The position numbers were made by a program, and so were the translations under genes. A DNA stretch of 57,992 bases from a virus. The stretch lies in the IMG/VR virus record IMGVR_UViG_3300033141_003442. The stretch is one strand, 5' to 3'. Below the pieces are notes generated by a model. It ran no database searches and was not told where the DNA came from. It saw only the letters and a program-made list of their open reading frames with translations. This document shows, one piece after another, positions 9,545-18,857 of this stretch (positions are counted from its first letter, which is position 1; each line of letters starts with the position of its first letter).

Positions 9545-10815
9545 ACCCCTTTTTTACGGAAGGGGCTTTATCAGTGAGGAATAATCCTCCTGATTTAGGG
9601 CAGGCTTACAAACTGCCCAGCCCAAGAAGGAACTTTTGCCTTCAAGGGCAAAGATAGCAAGATTTTTGGAGGCATTGTAATCAGCATGGACTTGATAGCC
9701 ACAAGCCTTACAACAAAAAACAGAACCATTACGATTAGAAGATTGAATATGGCCACACTTACTACATCTTTGAGAACTGTATTTAGGGTCAACAAACCAA
9801 ACATCAATACCCTCTTCAAGTGCTTTGTATTGAATATAATTTGGGAGTTTAGAAAATGCCCAGAGAGAAACTTTATGTTTTTCAGCTTTTCTCCATTTTT
9901 TTACACTTCCTCTAATACTATTAAGATTTTCCATAGCAATTACTTGAGCACCAATCCTTTTTGCCTTCTCAACAATTTGCCGAGAAATATTATGCAAAAC
10001 CCAGTTAACAAAGCGGTTTTCTCGCCCACTCATTCTCTTAAGCAAGAGATGGGCAGAGCGAGTGCCTTTCTTTTGGATTTTGCTTCTCCGTTCGGCAAAC
10101 TGTCTTCTTTTATCATTAAGCATTCCTGCTTTAAAAAATTTGCCTATAGAGGTTACAGCAATATTCTTAACTCCCAAATCAACTCCCATAACAGTTTCAG
10201 GTTTTCTAACAAGAGCGGGTTTAATTATTGTAATATTAAGAAAGAAATCTTTGCCATTATAAGAAAGTGTAGCAGTCCTAAATTCATAATTTGTATTATC
10301 AAGTATTTTCTTTTGATAATCTCCAAGAAGATATTTGGCTTTTACTCTACCATTTACAGTAGAAAAAGTGCATTCTCTATTTTTAATAGTTACAGTTCTT
10401 TTATCAAGTTGAATTGCAGAAAAAGGCCTGAAGGTTGGTTTAGTTGCTTTTCTCTTTTTACTCCAATTGATAACACAAAGTTTAACCGCATCACAAGCTT
10501 TATTCCGAGCAGAACATATCAAATTAGCTTGAAGATTGGTTTGCTTTTTAAGTGGATAGTAAACAAGTTTATGGAGTTTAGATTTATTGATTATCTTCTT
10601 TTCAGGCTTCCATGCTTCATTTATGCAAAAATTAAGAGCAAAATTATATTGTCTAAAAGTTTCAAGAACATCTTGCTTTCTTTCTTGTGGAATATCCAGT
10701 TTTACTTTACAAGTCTTGATTATTTTTCTCATCGTGGTAAAATTATATCATGTTTATCTGAAATGTCAAGAAAGGAGTAAAAAGGCAATTCCTCCCCACC
10801 CTTACGGATGGGGTC
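9545..10815. mobile_element. Putative IS200/IS605-family (IS1341-like, tnpB-only) insertion bounded by similar subterminal hairpins
   Basis: Hairpin CCCCTTTTTTACGGAAGGGG at 9546-9565 and CCCCACCCTTACGGATGGGG at 10794-10813, same orientation, flanking tnpB; no tnpA present. Confidence 0.45.
9554..10732 (-). CDS. tnpB: TnpB-like RNA-guided endonuclease (IS200/IS605 OrfB family)
   Basis: 392 aa; RuvC-I (GVDLGVKNIAV), RuvC-II (IAMENLNS), zinc finger CSKCGH...CCKACG, RuvC-III (HADYNASKNLA). Confidence 0.85.
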   Translation of the reverse strand: MRKIIKTCKVKLDIPQERKQDVLETFRQYNFALNFCINEAWKPEKKIINKSKLHKLVYYPLKKQTNLQANLICSARNKACDAVKLCVINWSKKRKATKPTFRPFSAIQLDKRTVTIKNRECTFSTVNGRVKAKYLLGDYQKKILDNTNYEFRTATLSYNGKDFFLNITIIKPALVRKPETVMGVDLGVKNIAVTSIGKFFKAGMLNDKRRQFAERRSKIQKKGTRSAHLLLKRMSGRENRFVNWVLHNISRQIVEKAKRIGAQVIAMENLNSIRGSVKKWRKAEKHKVSLWAFSKLPNYIQYKALEEGIDVWFVDPKYSSQRCSKCGHIQSSNRNGSVFCCKACGYQVHADYNASKNLAIFALEGKSSFLGWAVCKPALNQEDYSSLIKPLP

Positions 10816-10832
10816 TCCTTGCCTAATTCTAG

Positions 10833-11018
10833 ATGAACCAGCAAGAGATAGAAGCAAGAAGACTTACTACTTTAATCAAGCAGTGGGCAATAGAAATTAG
10901 GACTAGATGTTCTGAAACAGAAGACCCAGAAGAGTGCAAAAGACTTATAGAACAATTACTTAAAGCATGTGAAAAGTTTGAACGGTTGATAAATTTAATT
11001 GGATATTTTAAAAATTAA
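10833..11018 (+). CDS. Hypothetical protein (61 aa)
   Basis: ORF immediately after the putative IS left end; no clear SD. Confidence 0.3.
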   Translation: MNQQEIEARRLTTLIKQWAIEIRTRCSETEDPEECKRLIEQLLKACEKFERLINLIGYFKN

Positions 11019-11031
11019 GCAGGAGGCAAAA

Positions 11032-11406
11032 ATGAAGAAATTACCTATTATTTTTCTCTGCTTTATATTTTTGGGTTGTGCTGGGCATACAGGTAAGCTT
11101 GTCAAGAATTATGATGATTTTATGAAACAGGCTAATGAGTTGGCCATTGTTCTTTGCACACATAGTGAATTCTCCACTTGTTATTGGCAGGCTGCACTAG
11201 GAGATGATATAAACAAACTGCCTGCTGAAGCTTTAAACATTCTGGATGAGATTGAACAAACAGTTAAAGGTAAAACGGTAGATGAACTAACGGAATGTGA
11301 AAAAGGGAAGTTATTAGGTTTATGGCAGAGATTTACTTATCTTGTAGGCAAGGATATAATAGAGAAGGTCGTGCCTTATATGATTAAGTTTGTAGGGGCT
11401 TTGTAA
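11032..11406 (+). CDS. Putative lipoprotein (signal peptide plus Cys)
   Basis: In-frame ATG at 11032 preceded by AGGAGG; N-terminus MKKLPIIFLCFIFLGCAG has a lipobox-like FLGC. Confidence 0.5.
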   Translation: MKKLPIIFLCFIFLGCAGHTGKLVKNYDDFMKQANELAIVLCTHSEFSTCYWQAALGDDINKLPAEALNILDEIEQTVKGKTVDELTECEKGKLLGLWQRFTYLVGKDIIEKVVPYMIKFVGAL

Positions 11407-11567
11407 TGACATGGAAAGAATTTAAAGAGAAAGTTGATAAAGAATTAAAAGAGCTTGAGATTAATGAGGATACTAATATTTGTTGGATTGATGTTACCTT
11501 TTATATTTCTACGGAAGTGAAAATTAGATATGACCGTGGTGGGAAGTGTTTAATAATTGAAAATTGA
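11406..11567 (+). CDS. Small hypothetical protein (about 53 aa, below the ORF-track cutoff)
   Basis: ATG overlaps the upstream stop (TAATG) and its stop overlaps the next start; fills a gap that would otherwise be non-coding. Confidence 0.3.
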   Translation: MTWKEFKEKVDKELKELEINEDTNICWIDVTFYISTEVKIRYDRGGKCLIIEN

Positions 11568-11752
11568 GATGGAAAATAGAGAAACATGCTGACGAATGGT
11601 GGATTAGAATTAAATATAACATGTTTCAGTTAAGGGAAACAGAGATAGTAGTTATAGAAATAGAGGACTTGCTTTATGCTGGCCCAAATAAAAAGATAAA
11701 AAATAAAATGGTTAGATTATTTAGGAAATTATATGGGAAGGAGGTTCGGTAA
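11564..11752 (+). CDS. Hypothetical protein (62 aa, TTG start)
   Basis: ORF track; tightly packed with neighbours. Confidence 0.35.
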   Translation: MRWKIEKHADEWWIRIKYNMFQLRETEIVVIEIEDLLYAGPNKKIKNKMVRLFRKLYGKEVR

Positions 11753-12270
11753 TGCCTGCTGAATTGCTTATAAAGGCTTGTGATGCAACCCACAGTAATG
11801 AGGTAAAAGACCTGCGGGGTTGTTATAAAAAAGGTTATGTGGTTGTAATTAAGCCTGATGGTTGGAAATGGGGCAAAGAAGAACTAAACAAGGAAAAGTT
11901 TTACATTGTCCGAGTTAAGGATGCTAATCCTGAAGACTTGCAACATCTAATACAATTCCATGAAATAAGCCTTGGAACTAGATACCATGCTATGTCAGAT
12001 AAACTCGGTGTTTTTGTTAGCAGTCCAGACAAGGATGCTGCCGAGAGTGAGTGTTTGAAGAAATGTCAACTTGTGGCTCAAGAGTTAACTCGCTTTGGGA
12101 TTAATGTAGGTGAAGAAGACTATAATATTAAAATTAAAGAAGAACCAGAAATCCATACAATAGCACGGAGGCGGTATAAAATTGATATTAGTGGAATGGA
12201 AGATAGTTTAAAGAAAGGCATAATTGAGGTAAATGCAAAAGATTTAAAAATCATTGACCAGAGACAATAA
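11752..12270 (+). CDS. Hypothetical protein (172 aa)
   Basis: ORF with SD GGAAGGAGG; start overlaps the upstream stop. Confidence 0.5.
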   Translation: MPAELLIKACDATHSNEVKDLRGCYKKGYVVVIKPDGWKWGKEELNKEKFYIVRVKDANPEDLQHLIQFHEISLGTRYHAMSDKLGVFVSSPDKDAAESECLKKCQLVAQELTRFGINVGEEDYNIKIKEEPEIHTIARRRYKIDISGMEDSLKKGIIEVNAKDLKIIDQRQ

Positions 12271-13868
12271 TGGCAACTGAAGTAGTAAAAGTGATTGACC
12301 CAGACAATGGCACGGGAGCGGATTATACCTCTCTTTCTGCTTGGGAAGCAGGAGAGGAGAAAGATTTACAACAGGCAGATGAGATAGCTGTTGCCAAGTG
12401 CCGATGCACAGGTGGAAGTGCAGATACTGATGCTGTGGTTATTGATGGTAGTTGGAATCCAGATGCTACTCGTTACATTAAAATCTGGACTGACCCAAGT
12501 GAAGGATATAGGCATGATGGGAAATGGAATGACAGTAAATACAGGTTAGTTAATAATGCTGATTCTTATGCACTTGATGTTAATGAGCCTTATACGAAAA
12601 TTGAGGGACTTCAAATCAGACAAACAGGGCCTGGTGATTACAATCACGCTTTGGATGTTAGGAATGCTTCTTATTTTGAAGTTTCATATACTATCGTTCG
12701 TGGATGCAACGGAAATAATGCAAAGGGGATTTATGGAAGTGTATCTGAAGGTCCTGTAAAACTTTGGAATAACATTGTTTATGATTTTAATAGCTCAGAT
12801 GGAATAGTATTAAGTATATCCACGGCAGGACAAAAAGCTTATGTTTATAACAACACAGTTTATAATTGCAATATAGGTATTTATTCAGGAGGATACCAAG
12901 ATATTGTAGCTAAAAATAACCTCGTTCAAGACTGCACTGATGGATATGAAGGTGATTTTGACTCTGATTCTGATTACAACATCTCAGACATCTCTGGCGA
13001 CGCACCAGGTGCAAATAGTAAGACCTGCACAGTTTCCTTTGTTGATGAAGCTAATGATGATTTCCATCTTGCATCCAGTGATACTTGTGCAAAGGATTCA
13101 GGTGTAGATTTATCCTCTGACACAAACTTGGCCTTTTCAGATGACATAGATGGCGAGACACGGAGCGGGACTTGGGATATTGGAGCGGATGAGTATGTAG
13201 TGGCTGGAGGCTTAATCAAAATAATGGATGAGACTGTTTCAATATCAGAGACTTTAATAAGAAGACTTTATGCAAATCGTTTTATCGGAGAGACAGTTGC
13301 AATTACTGAAACTATGCCAAGGAGAGGATATTCAAATCGTTTAATAAACGAGACAATTACTATATCTGAAGGAATATTAAGAAGGTTAAGGTCAAATAGG
13401 ATTATAAACGAGACAATATCAATTGCTGAGGCAATATCTCGTAGAGCATTCTCAAGTAGAGTTATAAATGAAACATTAAGCATAGCTGAAGCAGTGCTTA
13501 AGCGATTAAGGGCTGTAAGGATTATCAGTGAGACTGTATCTGTATCTGAAAGCTTAGTAAGAAGATTACGGTCGATAAGGATAATTAGTGAGACAATTGG
13601 TATAACAGAGAACTTTGTCCGTTCATGTGTTGCTACATTAGTAAAAATAATGAATGAAGTCATATCAATTACAGAAAATTTAGTTAAAATTAAAACTTTT
13701 ATTGAAACAGTAAGTGAAGTAACAATAGGTAAAATAATTTTTCATGCTCATCGTGCATCTATAGGGTTTAAAAATTTTTATTCATCTATAGAATTTAAGA
13801 AGTTTTGTTCGTCTATAAGTTTTAAAAAGTTTATGGCTAAAATAAGCTTTAAAAGAAAAGGAGATTAA
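12270..13868 (+). CDS. Beta-helix (pectin-lyase-fold-like) protein with C-terminal array of 20-aa tandem repeats; candidate receptor-binding or depolymerase protein
   Basis: NN/N-x-G-rich beta-helix-like middle region (YNNTVYNCNIGIYSGG); nine imperfect 20-aa repeats ET-x-SI-x-E...RR...R-I-N. Confidence 0.5.
   Translation: MATEVVKVIDPDNGTGADYTSLSAWEAGEEKDLQQADEIAVAKCRCTGGSADTDAVVIDGSWNPDATRYIKIWTDPSEGYRHDGKWNDSKYRLVNNADSYALDVNEPYTKIEGLQIRQTGPGDYNHALDVRNASYFEVSYTIVRGCNGNNAKGIYGSVSEGPVKLWNNIVYDFNSSDGIVLSISTAGQKAYVYNNTVYNCNIGIYSGGYQDIVAKNNLVQDCTDGYEGDFDSDSDYNISDISGDAPGANSKTCTVSFVDEANDDFHLASSDTCAKDSGVDLSSDTNLAFSDDIDGETRSGTWDIGADEYVVAGGLIKIMDETVSISETLIRRLYANRFIGETVAITETMPRRGYSNRLINETITISEGILRRLRSNRIINETISIAEAISRRAFSSRVINETLSIAEAVLKRLRAVRIISETVSVSESLVRRLRSIRIISETIGITENFVRSCVATLVKIMNEVISITENLVKIKTFIETVSEVTIGKIIFHAHRASIGFKNFYSSIEFKKFCSSISFKKFMAKISFKRKGD
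13229..13710 (+). repeat. About nine imperfect 60-nt tandem repeats inside CDS 12270..13868
   Basis: Periodic repetition in both nucleotide and protein sequence; also generates the spurious antisense ORF 13268..13663. Confidence 0.7.
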
Positions 13869-13988
13869 ATGTTTAAAAAATTACTTAGAAAAATCTTACG
13901 ATATGTAAGAGAGAAAATGATAAGAGAAAAGATTGATATTTCAGATAATATGATTGTAGTTTTTAAATCTAAAGAAAAGAGGTGAAAC

Positions 13989-14240
13989 ATGAATGAATTA
14001 AATGATTTTTTTAAATTTTTGGAAGAAAAAGAAGAGAATAAGTCTGTATTTAGTTTTGAAGCTCTTAAACTTATTTTTATGAAACTAGTAGCTCAAGAGA
14101 TTAAGGATAGTGGTTTTGACAGTTCAGTAGCATTTGAGGGTGATTTAGTAAAATGCAAACAGGTAGGCCATGACCAATTTCTTATGTTATTGAATGGAAA
14201 ACAATTAGACAGAATATTTAAAATGATTAAGGAGAAATGA
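13989..14240 (+). CDS. Hypothetical protein (83 aa)
   Basis: ORF with SD AGAGGTGA. Confidence 0.45.
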   Translation: MNELNDFFKFLEEKEENKSVFSFEALKLIFMKLVAQEIKDSGFDSSVAFEGDLVKCKQVGHDQFLMLLNGKQLDRIFKMIKEK

Positions 14241-14273
14241 AATTAAAATTATTTTAGAAGGAGGGAAAGAAGA

Positions 14274-14846
14274 ATGTTACTCGGTAAGAAAATTAAGTTA
14301 GGTAGGTTTGGAAAAATTTGGGTGCCGTTAAGGGTAATGTTTAATGAAGACTTAGCTTTACTGTCTGATGCTCTAGTTGTTCTTGTAAATGAAAAAACAG
14401 CAGACCGCATAATTATCCCTGGACGCAATATTGTAACTGATGAGGGTGATAAATATTATGCTCAAAAGGCTTGTGGTGAAACTCCAGATAATGACTTTAA
14501 TTCTCTTTATCTAGCGACGGCAGGTCCTGACCCTGTTGGTAAATCAGATAATTATGGCAGTTTTACTGTAGCTAGCGGTAGCGAAAAAGCCGTAAGTTCG
14601 GGTTATCCCAAGACCAATGACAGTGATAGTGATAATACAGGTGCTGGTGTTGATGTAATAACTTGGTTATTTCAATATTCAACCAGTGATGGGCCTTTTA
14701 GTAATATAACTCATTCATTTATTTCAATAGCTAGTGCTAGTGGCACTGACCCGATATTGAATAGTTACAAATGGGCATCTAGTTGGGATAAGGACGGCTC
14801 AACCTCTTGTAAAATATTTGCAAACCATACTGAAAATGGGACATAA
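14274..14846 (+). CDS. Hypothetical protein (190 aa), Ser/Thr/Asp-rich
   Basis: ORF with SD GGAGGG. Confidence 0.5.
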   Translation: MLLGKKIKLGRFGKIWVPLRVMFNEDLALLSDALVVLVNEKTADRIIIPGRNIVTDEGDKYYAQKACGETPDNDFNSLYLATAGPDPVGKSDNYGSFTVASGSEKAVSSGYPKTNDSDSDNTGAGVDVITWLFQYSTSDGPFSNITHSFISIASASGTDPILNSYKWASSWDKDGSTSCKIFANHTENGT

Positions 14847-14849
14847 AAG

Positions 14850-15203
14850 ATGCCGATAGATTTAAGTTTTAATATTACAGAGCAAAGCGGTGTAGTTATT
14901 GAAGCTAATTTTATGGATGTGGATGGTTCTACTATTCCTGTGGCTAATATCAAATCTATAAAGTGGACGTTGAAGGATGTGCTTACTGGTAATATTGTAA
15001 ATAATAGAGAAGATGTATCTGAAGATATAGATAATCCTGTTTATATTTTTCTGTCTGATGATGATTTAGCGATTGTTGATAGAACAAACAAATCAGAAAA
15101 GAAAGAGCTAATAGTAACTGTAATTTATGATAGTAAATATAAGACAAACGCAAAGCTTAATGAGTCATGTTTATTTAAAGTTGATAGGCTAACTTCTGGT
15201 TAA
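14850..15203 (+). CDS. Hypothetical protein (117 aa)
   Basis: ORF packed tightly against neighbours. Confidence 0.45.
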   Translation: MPIDLSFNITEQSGVVIEANFMDVDGSTIPVANIKSIKWTLKDVLTGNIVNNREDVSEDIDNPVYIFLSDDDLAIVDRTNKSEKKELIVTVIYDSKYKTNAKLNESCLFKVDRLTSG

Positions 15204-15212
15204 AGAGATTGG

Positions 15213-15704
15213 ATGATTAAATTTCTTGCATACAAAGGCACTGATTGGCTGGCTAAAGTAATTAAGTGGGAAACTCAGTCAGATTATTCCCACATAGCAT
15301 ATCTTTATGATGACAACCATATAATAGAATGTTGGCCTGAGCATTGGTATCAATTGTTGAATGTAAGGTGGAATATCAGGCCAATGTTTAAAGGATACAA
15401 AAAGGGTGATGAATACGAGATATGGGGCTTAGAGGTTTCGGACGGACAAGCTTGTGTTATTCATAATTTCTTTCTAGGGCTTGTAGAGAAGAAAGCCAAA
15501 TTTGATTATGTAGCTGGATTTGGATTATTTACAAAATGGAAGAAAGAAAAAATAGGACAATATTTTTGCAGTGAAGGATGTATTACTCCACTTGTAAGAA
15601 TATTTGATTGGACACATATTAAGCCTTGGAAAGTAACGCCTGAAAATTTCATACAAATTATTCAGGCTTGTGGTGGGAAGTTAATAGAAAAAGGTAAAGT
15701 TTAA
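15213..15704 (+). CDS. Putative permuted papain-fold hydrolase (YiiX/YaeF-like); assignment tentative
   Basis: His-containing motif (SHIAYLYDD) precedes a Cys motif (QYFCSEGC), consistent with permuted NlpC/P60-like enzymes. Confidence 0.35.
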   Translation: MIKFLAYKGTDWLAKVIKWETQSDYSHIAYLYDDNHIIECWPEHWYQLLNVRWNIRPMFKGYKKGDEYEIWGLEVSDGQACVIHNFFLGLVEKKAKFDYVAGFGLFTKWKKEKIGQYFCSEGCITPLVRIFDWTHIKPWKVTPENFIQIIQACGGKLIEKGKV

Positions 15705-16405
15705 TGTCAAATTCTAACAAGCCATATAGAGTTGTCTATTTTTCTGGTGGTAAAGATAGCACTGCCATGTTAATAGTGTTATTGGAAAACCAAATACCTT
15801 TTGATGAAATAATTTTTAATGATACTGAGGTAGAATTTCCAGAAATATACACACATATAAATTTAGTTCAAAAGAAGCTTGAGGTTAAAATAACATATTT
15901 AAAACCTAAGAAACATTTTGAATACTGGATGTGTGAACACAGAACTAGAAAAGGGAATATTGGTTATGGATGGCCTCGGATAAAATTGCGATGGTGCACT
16001 AAACTTTTTAAGCAACGAGCAGAAAGTTCATACTTTAAGAAAAAACAATTAAAAAATATCCGTAAACTAATAGGAATAAGTACAAGTGAAATAAATAGAA
16101 TGAAAAAATATTATAAGCAAGAAATTTATCCTCTTGTAAAATTTGGAATTGACAGCCAAGAAGCGTTAAAAATATGTTATCGTTATGGTTTTGATTGGAA
16201 TGGATTATATGAGAAATTAAGCCATACAGGCTGTTTTTGGTGTCCATTTCGGAGACTGAGAGAATTAGAAAATATTTATCGTTTTTATCCTCATTTATGG
16301 GTAAAAATGATGGAACTAGATGGTAAGTGTTGGAATAAATTTAGAGAAAATTGGACTTTGAAAGAATTAGAAAAACGATTTAAAAACACAGTTTATCTTT
16401 TTTAA
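15704..16405 (+). CDS. PP-loop ATP-pyrophosphatase family protein (PAPS reductase-like)
   Basis: N-terminal PP-loop SGGKDS (VVYFSGGKDSTAM); C-terminal Cys cluster; about 230 aa. Confidence 0.6.
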   Translation: MSNSNKPYRVVYFSGGKDSTAMLIVLLENQIPFDEIIFNDTEVEFPEIYTHINLVQKKLEVKITYLKPKKHFEYWMCEHRTRKGNIGYGWPRIKLRWCTKLFKQRAESSYFKKKQLKNIRKLIGISTSEINRMKKYYKQEIYPLVKFGIDSQEALKICYRYGFDWNGLYEKLSHTGCFWCPFRRLRELENIYRFYPHLWVKMMELDGKCWNKFRENWTLKELEKRFKNTVYLF

Positions 16406-16505
16406 GGCAATAAACTGCCACATATTTAGCCTCTGAGGCAGGTTTGAATTGAAACAGGATGTTTGATATGGGTAAGGCCGAGAAAATGCAATACGGGGCA
16501 ATCTC

Positions 16506-17075
16506 GTGCAAAAAACAGCTTTAGGAGAAAAAATTACACAACAAGACCATAATTTAAAAGTTAAGATTTATAAATATTTACTTTCTCTGCCTTTTGATGT
16601 TGTTCCTACTTCAGCAGAGATTGCAGAAAAGTTCCAGGTAGATGTTAAGGATGTTGAGAGGGTTCTTGGTTTATTATTGGAACGACTTTACGAATATAGA
16701 AGTAAGCATGTTAATAGAGTTCTGCTTATGCTTGAAAGCAAGTTACTTGAAAAAGCTATGGAAGGCAAACTTGGTGCTATTGAATTAGGATTAAAAATAT
16801 ATAATAAATTAAAAGAAACTTTAGAAATCAGACATAATATAAATGTTGATACTCCTTTATCTCAATACAATATAAATATTTTTACAGAGCAAGATAAGAA
16901 TTTAATAGATAGAATAAACAGAGCATTAAGTTCCATTCCTTCTCTATCTGATAAAGAGAAAGATAAAGGAGTAATTGATGCAGAAGTGGTTAAAGAAGAG
17001 GGGGGGAATATAAAATTTCCAGAGCGTCAATTTGTTAAAAATTTGATTAAGAAGGACAAAAAGAAAAAGAAATAA
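16506..17075 (+). CDS. Hypothetical protein (189 aa, GTG start), possible DNA-binding
   Basis: ORF track; convergent with terL; no ATG in frame upstream. Confidence 0.4.
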   Translation: MQKTALGEKITQQDHNLKVKIYKYLLSLPFDVVPTSAEIAEKFQVDVKDVERVLGLLLERLYEYRSKHVNRVLLMLESKLLEKAMEGKLGAIELGLKIYNKLKETLEIRHNINVDTPLSQYNINIFTEQDKNLIDRINRALSSIPSLSDKEKDKGVIDAEVVKEEGGNIKFPERQFVKNLIKKDKKKKK

Positions 17076-18764
17076 TTATTTACCTATCCAATGTCTTCTC
17101 TCTTTTTCTTGGTTTTGTAATTCTCTCCATCTATCTTTTCTTTTTTTAGCCATTTCACGGCGTTCAAAATAAGGGAATAAATATAAAATTATATATCCAA
17201 TACAATCCATGCCATGAGCTAAATATTCATCTCTTTCCCAAGTTAATTCATTAGTCTTTTTAGTTTTAAGATATTGGAAACATCTATGAATATAAGCACA
17301 ACTTTCTGTTGAAATAAAATTTTCTACAGGGTTATCAGGAATTTCATCATTTATCAAAAGCCCAGGTTTCCCATTATATTCATCAGTTAATTTATTTCTT
17401 ATTTGCACGGTCATCCGTTCTTTTCTGTTAGGAATAGGTATAACAGGAGATAAGCCAGCAGCTATTAAAGCTTCTACACTCATTCCTTTATCGGTTCTTT
17501 GTTGTCCTGCTTCATCTGCAAGATAAATAAATGATGCTGCTTTTCCAAACCATTGTTTTAATTTACTTTTTACATATTTAGCAAAGGGAAATATATCTAT
17601 TTGTTTACCAAGAATACATTTTAAAATAAGAAGACAATCATCATCATCTACTTGAGCACATACCACGCAGGGATGTAGAAAGCCATAATCTATGCCTACA
17701 TATACAGGTTTTTCTTTAATATATGTAAGCTGTCTTATATGCTTAAATTTATCATATTGGGGAAAATGTTTGCCTGATTGTGGAATATCAAAAGTTCCTA
17801 ATACATTTATAGCAAAGTCAATAGCTCCTCTTTGTTGTTTTTCTCTTTCCACATCCTTTTTAGACATCTCATCATCATATCTCCAATCAAACTCATAAAT
17901 ACTAGGTAACTTTAAATTTGGATTTGTCCTTAACGGTTGTCTTTTACTGAATAATTGATAGAAATAATAAGAAGTATAATCATTATCAGCAGGTATAAGT
18001 CTTTCTCTAGCAGGAGTTCCACAAGCTATTCTACATGATACTGTATCAGTTAATGTTGACCATGCTGCGGCGTCTGTATGATACCATAAAGTATATTCAT
18101 CTAAAAAGGCTGCTCTTGCTCTACCACCAGCTCCAAAATCTGCTGTATTTGCCTTTCCTCTAATAGATACTCCAGTTTCAGGATTGATTAAAAGGCGTGT
18201 CCTGTCATGTTCTCTCCATTTAAATCCTTTAGGTAATAACCAATCAGGTAGTGATTTCAATAAATATCTTACTTTTTCAAAAAGACTATCCATATCTCCT
18301 CTTCTATCTACTGTTTCTTCATTCACTGAACCAAGAAGAAAATCACTAGGAAAGAATGGATTAAGAAAAAAGAAAAGAAAAACTCCTGCTACTGTAAAAG
18401 TAAATCCGATACTTCTTTTTTTAAGAGCTATTAAATCGCCTCCATATAATATTCTTTCAACAATAGCTGGGACTAATATTTCTCTTTGATATTTCCATAA
18501 AATATATGGTCTATGAGGACTATTAGGATGTCTTACTGGACAATATATATAAAGAAAACAATCAAAGAAAAAGATTATATCTTTAAAAGTATATAATTTA
18601 ATATCCTGTCTGAATTTACTATCTTTCCTTGCTTTTTTGAGAAGTTCTCTTCTAAATTCTAAATTTGCCTTATATTCTATTGGATATTTTATCTTATTTT
18701 TAGGAAAAACAGCATTTAAATGTTCAATAGAGGGTGCAAACTCAGAGAATTTTTGGGATTTCAT
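17076..18764 (-). CDS. terL: Terminase large subunit
   Basis: 562 aa; ATPase motifs (LWKYQREIL, GGDLIALKKRSIGFT, Walker B-like AAFLDEYTLW); nuclease-domain acidic motifs (VGIDYG, LADEAG, HGMDCIGY). Confidence 0.75.
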   Translation of the reverse strand: MKSQKFSEFAPSIEHLNAVFPKNKIKYPIEYKANLEFRRELLKKARKDSKFRQDIKLYTFKDIIFFFDCFLYIYCPVRHPNSPHRPYILWKYQREILVPAIVERILYGGDLIALKKRSIGFTFTVAGVFLFFFLNPFFPSDFLLGSVNEETVDRRGDMDSLFEKVRYLLKSLPDWLLPKGFKWREHDRTRLLINPETGVSIRGKANTADFGAGGRARAAFLDEYTLWYHTDAAAWSTLTDTVSCRIACGTPARERLIPADNDYTSYYFYQLFSKRQPLRTNPNLKLPSIYEFDWRYDDEMSKKDVEREKQQRGAIDFAINVLGTFDIPQSGKHFPQYDKFKHIRQLTYIKEKPVYVGIDYGFLHPCVVCAQVDDDDCLLILKCILGKQIDIFPFAKYVKSKLKQWFGKAASFIYLADEAGQQRTDKGMSVEALIAAGLSPVIPIPNRKERMTVQIRNKLTDEYNGKPGLLINDEIPDNPVENFISTESCAYIHRCFQYLKTKKTNELTWERDEYLAHGMDCIGYIILYLFPYFERREMAKKRKDRWRELQNQEKERRHWIGK

Positions 18765-18811
18765 ATATATTTTTTATATTAAATCGTTCTTTTTGTCAAT
18801 TTACCATTGCC

Positions 18812-18840
18812 TTGACAAAATTATGATTATAATTTATCAT
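18812..18840 (+). promoter_or_regulatory. Sigma70-like promoter TTGACA-N17-TATCAT upstream of the portal gene
   Basis: TTGACA at 18812-18817, 17-nt spacer, TATCAT at 18835-18840; lies in the divergent terL/portal intergenic region. Confidence 0.4.
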
Positions 18841-18857
18841 ATCCATAATAAATTCTT

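Noticed and set aside
9686-10780. 364-aa plus-strand ORF
   Set aside because: Entirely antisense to tnpB, which has clear catalytic motifs; composition is F/I/S/N-rich low complexity typical of a shadow ORF.
9554-10815. tnpA (Y1 transposase) accompanying tnpB
   Set aside because: No additional ORF lies between the hairpins; the element appears to be tnpB-only.
13268-13663. 131-aa minus-strand ORF
   Set aside because: Antisense artefact of the 60-nt tandem coding repeats in gene 12270..13868.
13869-13985. 38-aa K-rich ORF between genes 12270..13868 and 13989..14240
   Set aside because: Low-complexity AT-rich sequence overlapping the SD of the next gene; more likely spacer than a gene.
16506-17075. 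Small terminase subunit assignment for the ORF abutting terL
   Set aside because: It is convergent with terL (opposite strand) and has no recognisable motif; left as hypothetical.
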